NCBI RefSeq assembly: GCF_052425735.1 | Contig: NC_135769.1 | Location: forward strand, 30,566,001 to 30,630,000 | Reading direction: 5' to 3' | Length of the DNA: 64,000 bases | DNA from: Oculina patagonica | Lineage: Eukaryota | Shown: positions 25,201 through 36,355 of the stretch, in pieces | How the letters are laid out: every line of letters begins with the position of its first letter | Position numbering within the stretch: the stretch's first letter is position 1 | Program-made: the position numbers and the translations under genes | Notes under the pieces: model-generated | Database searches by the model: none | Told to the model about the DNA's origin: nothing | Seen by the model: the letters and a program-made list of their open reading frames with translations, nothing else

Positions 25201-28200
25201 CAACTTCATCATTGTTGGTATCCAGACTAGGAACAACACCAGCTAAAAAAAAAAACAAAAAAACAATCAAACTTGTAAACAAATAATGACTGGCTTGAAA
25301 GGCCTATCTTACATGTACAGTGTAGCTAAATAAACCAACAGATTCCCCATTGTGCCCTCTCAGTTCCTCCCTGGATCAAAAGATGTCTGAGATTCGACTC
25401 AAAAAAAGGAAAAACCAATAAGGCACTTCATGGACCTCTGCAAAGCTACATGGTTAAGGTAAAGGCTTTAGGTTGAATCTCAGCTGATACATTAATGTAC
25501 TTGTCCATGTATCACTTGAGCAAAGAGCTGGCTGATAAGAAAGGAAATGTCTGTAAAATGAGCCAAGTGTACTCAAGCTCCTCTTTCCAGTTTTAGAAAT
25601 ACAGTATCCAGACAAATGTACATAATTGCACAAATTAAAAAATATATATATTTTTCACATACTGTCCATTTTCCTAGAGATCATTCTTGCAGCTGCTCTG
25701 TCAAATGCTTGCTGCTCTGCGTCAGGCAGAAGCTCACTCAAGTAGTGCAACATCTGCAGCTTGGCTCCGTCATCCAGCACAGGCTCCAGTGCGTTGATAA
25801 GTCTCTGCACATTTCTGTCTTTACTGTATTGATTAAGGCTTTGTTTGACGACAAGTTGTTCACCACGTGTGAGAAGTTGACTCATCTGTTGAATGGTAAT
25901 TAAAAATATCTGTTTCTTAAAATTTCTTACTTAAGGGGTTACACAGTCTAGGACCTAAAAAATTAGGTTTTGCATAAAGTTCATGTAACCAAGAGTACCT
26001 TAGGTTTGACAAACAGATTTCTTTTCAAGTAAAAATCCCTTGAATACAGTCATGCAACTGTAATTTATTATCACTATATGAAATTTTTTTTACTTTGCAT
26101 GTAAAATTCCTCCATGAGGGAGGGTATAGAAATTTTCTGGAACACAATCTGATTGATAAAATAAATGTGTGGTTCCAGAAAATATCCATACTCTCCTTGT
26201 GGAGGATCATTGGAAATTCTGAGGGGGAGGAGGCTTTAAAGACCCAAAACTTTTAAAACCTTATGTGGGGGGAATATGATTGGATATTTTCTGGAACACA
26301 ATGGTATACCTGCCAACTCTCATGCCTTAAGCGTGAGTCTCACGCCCGGCCTGCAAGTTGAAAACTTCGATCTCATGCCAACTCACGCTTACAGCCAATT
26401 TCTCATGCCTTGTCGAAAAATGTGAGTAATTACAACCATAACTAACACACTTGCCAAAAAAAAGTAAACTCAAACCAATGCAAGAAAGAAAACTACATGG
26501 TAAATGTCTTGAGTAAATGACAATACTTTCTCGAAAATTTCAGAGTTTTGACAACAAAATTAATGCACTGGGAATGACGTTGTGTTTAGCAAAACACGTC
26601 CTTGGTCTGGAACCGGGATTCTTTTGAAACGTCTTGGGAATACTTCGGACTTCTTCAGAAATAAAAATCTTCGGACATGGTTGTGTCATTTTCAGGAATC
26701 CTGGCCCTCTCAGGATAAAAATCTCACGCCTTTGACCCAGAAAAAGTTGGCTGGTATACAATATGGTACAATTTTCATCTCAAAGGTTTAAACCTACCTG
26801 GATTTTGAACTGCCTGGCAAGCGATCGAAGATCATTCCTGTTGTATGGTCCTGCTCCATTCATGAACAAATCGCTTCTCAATGAAAAAGCCTTCGATGCC
26901 ATAGATGAACACCTTGACACTGTTGCAGGTCTTTCATTTTCAAATGTAACAGACAGCTGCGATGACTTGCTCGATGATGGAAGTGATGACAGTGATGACT
27001 GGTGTTTTAACGCACTCATAGGACGCCACTGAACCAAAAGGGTTGGCTGTGAGCCACTTCCCTTCAAAAGCTGCACAACATGATGGTGTGACTTTCCCCT
27101 GGAGTGAAATCAATAAATGCCATAACGGTGTAAAAAATAAGTTTAACAGGTTGCCCTTTAGGCAAGATGGGTACGTTGTGCACTAGCTTAAAGTTGAGTT
27201 CCAGTTTTTAGAGCAAGGTGTCAATAAGGAATTCCAATAAGTCGGTAGCTGTTAATTTGCCTCACCAAAACATCAGAACTTTTCTATTACATGTACTACA
27301 TGTAATTTGTTGGGTCAGGGAGCTGACCTTGTTGGGTCAAAATATCCAGAAAATTGCTTTGTTAACAATAACGGTTTGTTTTTAGCTACTGACACTTCTA
27401 AAGGCAACACTGTTCACATTATGAACTTACTATTATTGTTAATATTTATTGCAATGTCCACCACATAACGTGTTTTTGCTTTACCTGACATTTAATCCAT
27501 TTATTTCTAAAATGTGATCTCCAGCCTTAATCCCAGCCTGGGAAGCTGCTCCTCCTAAATAAATGAGAAAGACATGACTCAACTCTGAGCAACTACATGT
27601 AGTAAGTGATGTAATGAGTACTCACATTTTTTTGGACAATGTGTGGTTCCAGAAAATATCCATACCCCCACCACGGAGGGAATTGGAAATTCCAGAGGGG
27701 TGGGGGGGTCAAGGGCCCAGGAAATTCCGAAGAGGAGGGGGGTTGCCAGTGAAATTACGTTTCCAGACAGTCAAGTTTGATGCAGTGCAAACTAGTTTCA
27801 AAAATCGTTTCTTACCTACTCTACAAATGTTTTACATAGCAAAAATAGCACCCTGGGTTCTTGATTCACAATCGCTTTACATTTAAAACGGGTTTTCTTT
27901 CTCCTGAAAGCACACTGAAAGCAAATAATTTCACTGAAATCCTCCATGTTCGTTCGTGGATGCGGCCGCCATTACTTGTTACCAGTCCCCCGAAACTTGT
28001 CACGTGGTTTGACCGAAATGCACTGGTGTCAAATATTGCTTGTTTCACGTTCGATGGAAGGAAAATCGTCCTTGTTTGTGAAAAGTTTCACGTTTATTAG
28101 CGATGAAAATAGTGTAATGATGTCAGAAACTCGAGATTAACTTGTTCTTGTTATTTCTGGCTATTTGTTTGTAATTTTCCTGTTAAATTTTGCTTTCTCA

Positions 28201-31200
28201 GCGAGCATTAGCGATTTTCCGATCACGTCTACGGTGAATGTTTATATCAACACTTTTCAAATCCGTGTTCTGATACATTTAGCGGTTTTCTAAAGCGATT
28301 GGAATGAAAAGGGATGGAAGGTTATACAACAAGGTAATTTGGCAAGTGACTACCAGATATTTTGTCTGTTTGCTTTTGAGGAAATTTCTGTATTTTGTCT
28401 TCAACAGTACACGTATGTATCGTTTTAACATATCTTCCGATCGATCAGTTACACACTATAACTGTTTACAAGAGAGGTGGCCTAACATTTAGAGCATTGT
28501 ACAATTTATATTTTTTCCAGAGGGGCTGGGGGGTACGCAATATACTTTTGGAAATTCCGGAGGGGTGGGGGGGTTTATTTTTCTTAACAAAAACGGAAAT
28601 TCCAGAGAGGTGGGGGGTCTTACGTGAAATTCCCTCCGTGGTGGGGGTATGGATATTTTCTGGAACCACACAATAAGTTTTGAGCAGGAAATTATGTTCT
28701 CCTGACTGTTGACGCGACACTGGTCTACGATAGGATGCTACATCAGCCTTCCTAACACTTTGTTGACTTTTATACTCCTCCATGGAGAAAGTATTGTGAC
28801 AGGGAAGACGGACAATTTTTTTTTTTTTGCCCAAGAACAATGCACAACAAAGAAAAATGGTTACAGGCAAACCCAGACCTCCTGATTCAGACAGTCCAGA
28901 GTACTAACCATTACAGTATGACCATATTTTTCACCACTGTAACGTATCACACAAAGGTTTTCTTGTCCAAGAATTCACTCAGTACATGCAGACCATGCTT
29001 ACCTCTGTCAACAGTTTTGATGAACACCGGGGAGCTACCACTCAGCGTAAAACCAAAACCTGCACCAGGTCCCTCTCTTCTGACTTGCACAGGCCTGCAG
29101 CAAAATGGTAAGTGAAGATTACACCATGAGAAGTTACAATGTAGTTTGAAAATTTAGGTTGGACAACTAGCATGTAAATGACAATGTTTATTATAATTAT
29201 ATGTAGAGAACTTTTTGTAATTGTACTATTAAATATTGTTTTCTTTGTGTGTATTGCAATAAAAAAAGATGTTAATCATCAAAAACACCTAAAACAATGA
29301 TCGACCTCAGTCAGCGCTTGACCCAAACCACTCAATCTGGAGTCCAACCCAATTACCATTGGACCACAACCTCTCAACCCTTCCCTCCAGCCCAAACTAA
29401 TAAATCATTTTAATAAATAAAATCTGCTTTCTCATTGTACCAGCCAAGTATAAAATCTATACCCCAATGGGAGCAAACTACATGTTTTCAGGGCTACAAA
29501 TAACAGTCAGTCATCAGACATTGGCGACTAAAATTTGCTCATGTCCAGCGAAATCCCAAGTGTGGTCGGGCAAGATGTCCAGACAATTTTTTTTATCGTA
29601 AATCAGTTTACGGCAACAATGAATAAAAATCTGCCGACAATGTTCACTTTTGTTTTGTCCAACCAAGATGTTGTCTCAGTAGGACATAAATAATGTCCTT
29701 TCAAGTGAAAAAAATTATTTGCAGCCCTGTGTTTTAGACAGGACTTTCTTTGCATGCTATCCTAACAAAGTACGGTAACAATCTTTTCAGACTTAAACAC
29801 TACAGGTACTTACCTTGGAGGACCAGCAACCTTCTCTTGTGTTTGCTGTCTTGCAGCCCCCCTGGGCATGTATTGATTACTTGTTCCAACTGACCAAGTG
29901 CTGAAAGAAAATCGTAAAATAAATACACATCATCATTCATGATATTATGAGGAACATACTGTGCATAATGTCATGACTGTACAAGTCTTTCAGGACTAAG
30001 AAGTTTTAAGTCTGAATTCATCCAAGTGGCCCATACTGCTTGAACTTATCCCGAAGTGAAGTGACTAGACTAGACATATTTCTACTTCCCCCTGGATGGG
30101 ATGCTAGTCCACCGCAGGGTCTTACCGTCCCATAAGCATATGTTTGCTGTTACCCATTTATACATCTGGTTGGCGAGAGGCACTATGAGACTAAGGTGTC
30201 TTGCCCAAGAACCATTAATTTTTTACCCAAGAACACAATGCATTAATTCTGGCCAAGGCTCAAATCAGTCAAGCACGCTAACCATAAATAGGCCACGGCA
30301 CCTCCCAACAATTCTTGAACAGGTCTTGAATAGCAATTATTTTCAATTGGTTACATCACAGTTCACAAACATCATGCAAGCAGTCTGGTACACTGGGATA
30401 TTGCTACACCGTGAACTTACCCAAACCGTCCCAAAGCGGCAGTGTTACTGCTGTTATAATCTGAAAATTCCAGATCAGAAGCACTTGAAAAATCCGGGAA
30501 AAAGTCTTCATCAGCAGGCTGTCTCTTAGAATGCATTATTTCGCCATTTATTCCAACAAGGATGTCAAATAATGGCTGTTCACTTTTGGGAGTGAAACTC
30601 CTAGTAAAAAGAGAGAGAAAATAATTAAACAGAGTAAACAAACTGGAGACTTGATTTTTTTTTTTCAATTTATTTTGTATTAGCAAAGATTCTTGATCAG
30701 TACATGAAAATGAATTTTGGAAATAAATTTCTATTAAATTTTTAATAGTCTACCTTATGTCTCGCAATAGTTTCCTCTCTACAGGTGTCCGTAAGATTCC
30801 TTTCAGGCTCTGCGCCAGTTGCTCAATGGATCTGTCTCGTGCATACTGATTAAGGGCCTTGATGAGCTGCTTTTTCTTGCTTTCTTCACCAGCTAGATAA
30901 TAATTCATCTATAAAAATAAACAAATTATAAAGTGATTTTTGTGTGAAGCTTGCTGTGGTGTTACTTAAAGCAATTTAAAAATAATTATAGTAATAATAA
31001 TAAAATTATAAAGTGGTTTTTGTGTGAAGCTTGCTGTGGTGTTACTTAAAGCAATTTAATAATAATTATAGTTATAATAATAAAAAGAAAGAAAAAAGTT
31101 GCAAAGCCCTTCTTAAGCTTTATATTGTCGCGATAACAATAATTTGTAGACCAATATCAAACCCTTCATAACTACTTACTTTCAGTATATGACCAATATT

Positions 31201-32750
31201 AATCAATAAATGATCAAGCATTTATTTAAACAGCCTTGGACACTTTACTTTCAGACTGTTTGCAGCTATTTTCAGAATATTAGCTTGATGTGGTTTCAGT
31301 CAATTGATAACTAAATGATCTTGTTTTTTGAAAGATGACTTATAATGCAATTTGCTCACTAGTTGTCTGCTAACATAACAAGCTGATACCAAGCTGCAGA
31401 TAGCTAAATAAAACAAATTTTATCATTCCTAAATATCAGTCACCGACCACCCAGAATCCATAATGTGTATAATCAAAACATTCAGTCCACTATTCAGTAT
31501 TCTACTCTTGCATTTTGTGCTTACCAGAAATGAATTCTTTGATTTTCTTAATGTCAGGAAGCATTGCAAAGCTCTTTGATAGTTTATTTTGAAACTGATA
31601 CTGAAATAATATGTCTGTTTATAGTTCAAGACTATTTATACGATAACTCAGGAATTTAACAGAATAACTTTACTTAAAGCATAAACGCAACAACGCAATT
31701 GTGTTCTTTACAAGCAAAAAAATTAAACCTACTAATTAATTGCCTGCACGCTCTAAAAATGTTAACATATTAACCCCTATATTCCCTTTTGTTACAAAAA
31801 TTAAACAATTTAATGGTACGTTATAAAATCCTAAAGCTATATAATCACAGATAGCGACTACAGGTGCACACAGAAATATAATTAATTGTTATGTACAAAT
31901 AAAAAAACCTGAAGGTTGAACAATGCAATTAAATTCGTCTGAATTCCGATCTACAAATTATTTCTTTCTATGGGATATATCAAGGGCAAAGCTACTTATG
32001 AAAACGTAAATGACAGTTAAGATTGAAGCAATTTATAATCGCTTAGCAGAAGTAACAGAGTAAGCTTATGTTGTAACTACAACTCTATTAAATAAAAATA
32101 AACTTACTTCATGGCTGAAATGTCAACTTTTGTGTTTGATATCTACACAAAGACAAGAACTTTGATCAATAATAAATAACAATCTACCAACTGACCTGAA
32201 CGAAAAAATCTCTCGCTCTTCTATACCGCGAGGAGGAACTTTTTCCTCCACGTTTGTCAGTTATTCCAATATCTGCAGCGCCTGCAATAAGCACTATAGA
32301 AATCGTTGGTCCACAAGTATCGATCATTTGTCCTACTTGATCCTCATTCATATGTCTCAAGTTAACACCATTTATACGAAGAATAAGATCGCCGCGCCGA
32401 ATGCCGACATTTTGAGCCGGACTTCCTTGCTCTACTTCTGCAATGAACACGGGACCTTTGCCGCGGACAGCAAATCCAAAGCGACCTCTTCGACGACGCA
32501 GATCAAACGTTCGAATTCGAGAAATTACAGCGAGCGCTGGAGGAACTGTCCGCGATCGTTTAGCTAACAGGATTATTTCTTCTTTGCTTAATCCTTGAAC
32601 GTTCTCCCCATTGACTTCGAGTATTTGATCACCAGGTTGAAGTCCAGCTCTTTGTGCAACGGAATTCTCGTCGACAGAAAGGATTACAACAGGCGCCCGT
32701 CCACCGACGGTAAAACCGAAAGCTTCGGGCCAATTTTCGTTCGTTTTCAT
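13236..32750 (-). CDS. GRID2IP: Delphilin (GRID2IP)-type formin: PDZ-PDZ-HHD-PDZ-HHD-coiled coil-FH1-FH2 plus long proline-rich tail; 27 exons, ~2,100 aa
   Basis: Exon 32196-32750 starts MKTNENWPEAFGF (delphilin-type WPExFGF) and holds two PDZ domains. 30754-30908 and ~30420-30601 encode a harmonin-homology domain (KQLIKALNQYARDRSIEQLAQSL). ~29814-29900 is linker. PDZ3 spans ~29002-29094, ~27485-27554 and ~26798-27098 (GFGFTLSG...AGIKAGDHILEING...VVQLLKGSGSQPTL). HHD2 is at ~25660-25885. Linker exons ~25126-25242, ~24914-24992, ~24469-24574, ~23424-23752, ~22902-23004. FH1 22104-22324. FH2 exons ~21561-21643, ~21408-21471, ~21180-21307, ~20838-20907, ~20526-20611, ~20111-20179, ~19875-19961 (MGNYMN), 19209-19338 (LSNTKTSDNK), 18523-18575, 18326-18403, 17160-17324 (FFGE...DFFGIF). 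Then 16684-16755 and the last exon 13236-15812. Confidence 0.92.
16072..16138. mobile_element. 67-bp MITE with TAG...CTA termini and 8-bp TSD
   Basis: TAGCCTGTGTACAGCC ... GGCTGTACACAGGCTA, flanked on both sides by AAACAAAA. Confidence 0.8.
18638..18942. mobile_element. Degenerate MITE of the CCCGGG/poly-G terminal type
   Basis: GGGGGGTGACTCTCATATGAAA ... TTTCATATAGGAGTCCCCTCCCCCGGG. Internal GTCTCGCTTAGGG repeats. No clean TSD. Confidence 0.55.
19493..19720. mobile_element. MITE
   Basis: AGGGACCTTCAGATCGGAGT ... ACTCCGATCTGAAGGTTGCT inverted termini. Confidence 0.6.
26305..26758. mobile_element. hAT-like non-autonomous element
   Basis: TATACCTGCCAACT ... AGTTGGCTGGTATA inverted termini. 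Subterminal TCTCAYGCC repeats. Confidence 0.55.
27641..28671. mobile_element. ~1-kb non-autonomous TIR element; degenerate short relatives at ~26120-26300
   Basis: ~40-bp perfect TIR GTGTGGTTCCAGAAAATATCCATACCCCCACCACGGAGGGAATT. Flanked on both sides by AAT. Confidence 0.85.
30030..30300 (-). mobile_element. Degenerate SINE copy
   Basis: GAGAGGCACTATGAGA..AAGGTGTCTTGCCCAAGAAC and GCTAACCAT...AGGCCAC shared with 60960-61200. Confidence 0.65.
30923..31084. repeat. Tandem duplication, ~80-bp unit x2, at the acceptor of delphilin exon 2
   Basis: AAATTATAAAGTGRTTTTTGTGTGAAGCTTGCTGTGGTGTTACTTAAAGCAATTTAA... occurs twice, 80 bp apart. Confidence 0.9.
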
Positions 32751-35700
32751 GTTGATTAAACGAATTTAACCTAAATCTGAAGCTTCAATACTCCACTGTC
32801 CGTATCTCTGAGGCTTTTCACCACCACAAAGTCGGTAGTTGAATATCCAAAAATTGATCTGTTCTTGGATTAAATCATCCCGCTAATGACTCGACAGCCG
32901 AACCAGGTGTCGATTCGTAAACTTTCTACAAAACTTGTCCTACAAAGTCTTTGTGGACACTTTTCGCTTCAGTGATGAATTTAAGGGCTTGGAATCCTTG
33001 TTGTTGAAATCCAGTACAAGTTGATGACATTTAAAACAAGTGCAGTTCGGGACACGTTTTCGAGGACTAGCGCAATGTAGATTGACAGCAAGGTCAGTGA
33101 CGCTAAAATTCGAAACCAAGCAACCAGAAACTCGTAGGAAGCCGATCAAGTTAGCAACGAAATCCCGCACAAAACCGCTAGAAAACGTTCTCCAAGACAA
33201 TAATTCGTTTCGGTGAAGACTTTATCCTCGTTTTTCCAGTGAAGAATTCATCCACTTCACTCAAGTTGAAACTAAGAAACCGCCGTTGTTATAGTTCACT
33301 CGCAGCGCGAGATTACCGTAAAACAATTCACTTCTCTCAATTACGCTGTAATGTCCGCTCAGCAGTGTTCCTTTATGATTATTCATGCAAATAGCATGAC
33401 GAATTCAGCACTTCCAGCGAAATTTGCATATCTTTAAAATTCGGAGCGCCGAGGTTGTCATCTTCACAAAAACGCACGTCGGAAGCGAGGAAATGCCAAC
33501 ACAAAACGCAATGAGAGCTTTGTACGCACCAGGAGAACACTGGGTATTTTTCTCAAGAGGCCTTCTGAATGTCACTTTTGGCGCACTTTTGAGGAATTTG
33601 AGAACAGCTCGGGACAAAATAAACATACTTTGATTGCTACCCTTGACCCTACGTCATATCTTAGAGACAAAAGCGCTGTAACGCAAACAATTTTTTTCAT
33701 GAAATACGCTTGATAAAAGACCTTTAGCGGGGGTAAATTAATAAAAGTATTTCCTTCAGTGCGCACTAACAAAGCTGGTACCCAGATCTCCAGCAGCGGC
33801 TTTATTCCGCTACAACCACCAAAGGTTCTGCAAAACTTCAAAAGCTGTTTTCGCCATAATATTTATTCAAGGACATTGTTGTTCGATGTATTCGATACGT
33901 TTGTTTAACAAATTTTCCACGGCTGATTTCAACCGCAGGATCAAAACAATTAAAAACATTTTTGGAATGATGATTTATTTAACACTACACGATTTTATTA
34001 TATCGTACATCTGAATTATTCAGAAGTGCACTACAGAAAGTTCTTATTTTTGTCATGATCCGAATGAACCCGGGGAATGAAGCATCAGAACTGTGTAACA
34101 CCTCATACTTTTAACTTTTATGAATAATTTGTATGATCTCTCTCAAGTTCAAATATTATTTTCATATCATGTCAAATTACATTAAGCGAATCAACACCTT
34201 ATTTTGCATGAAACGACAGATACTGAACAACCGATATGAAATTAACAAGAGCCTTGAAATAACGATTGCTCGCATGGATGTACATTAGCATTTCCATTTG
34301 TTTCGTTAAGTCGTTACCGGATATAATTATGAAACTGTGGCAAATAATTTTTGAATGGAATCCTTCTCTTGATTAAATTCGCCAAGTTGACGTCATTTTA
34401 ATAAAGTGACGTCACAAGTTATAGCAGCTGAAAGTGTTTGTTTTAAATGTTGCCCTATTTTGTTAAAGTTTCTTTTTTGACTAGTGAATTTGACTTCCTG
34501 TCTTTGTCCAAGTCCATATGTGGCTTCTTCCTTGACTTGTTAAGTATAACAGAAAAACAGGGGATTTTCGTATATTATCCGTCCTCGTTGCGCAATGACA
34601 TGCACCCTCAATTTTTTTTTGTCAAAGTGAAATCAGCAGCGCTGCTCATTTGATGCAAAAGAAAAAAAAAATACCGGTACGTGACATTATTCAGATCGAT
34701 TTCATTCTGGCAAAAGAAGGCCACGAGGTCAACTTTATATCGTGGCCATGAAGTCAAAACATCTTTACAAACGTACTTTCATCAAGCTTGGCTAGATAAA
34801 AAGGTTCAACATTTTAACTGATGTAACTAGAGATATGCGCTATAGAATCGCTAGTAAACCAAATTTACCGCATAAAGAGGTATAATTAGCTAGAGGTCTT
34901 GAGTCGGGGCGCTCATATTAAAGTTGCCGTTTCCTACAAAAATTATACAGTGCCAACTTAACGTAATTTCAGACGAATGTGCACAAATTGATACCTTTTT
35001 AATTTATTCAAAACATCTTTTGATTTTTCATGTTTTTATCAAAGTAGCAGATGTGACTGTACTTGGATTACATGGATGTAGAGTAGAAGTTCAGTATTTT
35101 ATCATTATTTGCCATCATCACGTATTATTTGTAATTCATGTAAACGCGCATACCTGTTGTTGACATTTTTTTTCTGACAAAGAACAGTATACAAGAGATA
35201 ACAACTCATGTTAAATGTCATACTGGACTATTTCAGTGAAAGACTGACTACATGATTAACCTAGGGGGCAGATTAATGGTGAAAAAACAAAACTGTTAAA
35301 TGATCAACAATTTCAATAATTTTATTTATCCAATTAACGCCTTGTAATAGCGATTTAAAAGGCTCATGCATCACATCTATAACTACTTCAACTGCAGCCG
35401 AGAATTTAATTCAGGCAGAAATGTGATCGTGAGAGGGAAATTTGTTAAAATGGTCACTTTATCTGACAAAGATCTAGAATGATCGGTCATCATCGAATTC
35501 CAGTTTGTAAAATATCAATAGATTATCAATGGTATACAGGTTCGGGGAATGCATGAATTCGAGGAAAATCATGCATACATGATACTACATGTAGTATTTT
35601 ACATCCACGAGAATGTATAGACTGCGCATTGTATGGACGTTAAGGCCCAGCAAAACGAGCTAAAACGAGGAAACATGTTTGGAATGTTTCCATAATTGTT

Positions 35701-36355
35701 TCCTCGTTTTGCCATGGTTCCATGCCGCGCGGAAACGCGGAATGTTTTCGCCGTGTAGCAGAAGCAAGTTTTGCTTCTTGGAGACAAAAAATTGACCTTG
35801 GAAACAATGCTTCCCGCATGGCAAAACTGGGAAACGTTGGAGAAACATTGACGCGCTACGAAAGTTTCTGGAAACATGTTCCTCGTTTTGCCAGGCCTTA
35901 AGGACGTAACTGCTGTTCGAAAAGTTTGATCGACTTTATAAGACGCTTATAGCTACGAAGTTTTTGGTTTGGTAGTCCTGTGTCAATTCAGTGAATGTAC
36001 AATCCAATCCGGCATCTTTTAGACAGTTTTTTAAAGATACAAGTACCAGGCTTTGTTCACTGACTATGAGTACGTTTGCTCTCGCGAAAATGTATCGAAG
36101 CTCGCGCGCGAATGAAATTCTGACGCGCGCAAAATAATGAAGCGCGCGTTCGAACTAGTGACGAAATTAAACGTCAAAACACATTATGACGTCAGAAAGC
36201 CGCCGTTTTACAAAGCATCAAAGTACTCCGAGCTACTGTACAAACAGCTGCATCATGTAGAGGTTTTAGAAAAGCAACTCGAGCTAAATGAACGTTCACC
36301 GAAATTTTGGATATCAAATTGACGGAATGCGCAAGTGACGAAAAGTGAGTTTGGC
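32751..36355. promoter_or_regulatory. Divergent promoter/5'-UTR region between the two formin genes, with three full CRE palindromes
   Basis: ATGs at 32750 (-) and 36356 (+) point away from each other. TGACGTCA at 34388-34395, 34407-34414 and 36187-36194. CpG-rich patch (CGCGCGCG) at ~36080-36150. Confidence 0.55.
35643..35898. mobile_element. Harbinger-like MITE
   Basis: TAA-GGCCCAGCAAAACGAG...GAAACATGTT and AACATGTTCCTCGTTTTGCCAGGCC-TTA inverted termini. Confidence 0.7.
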
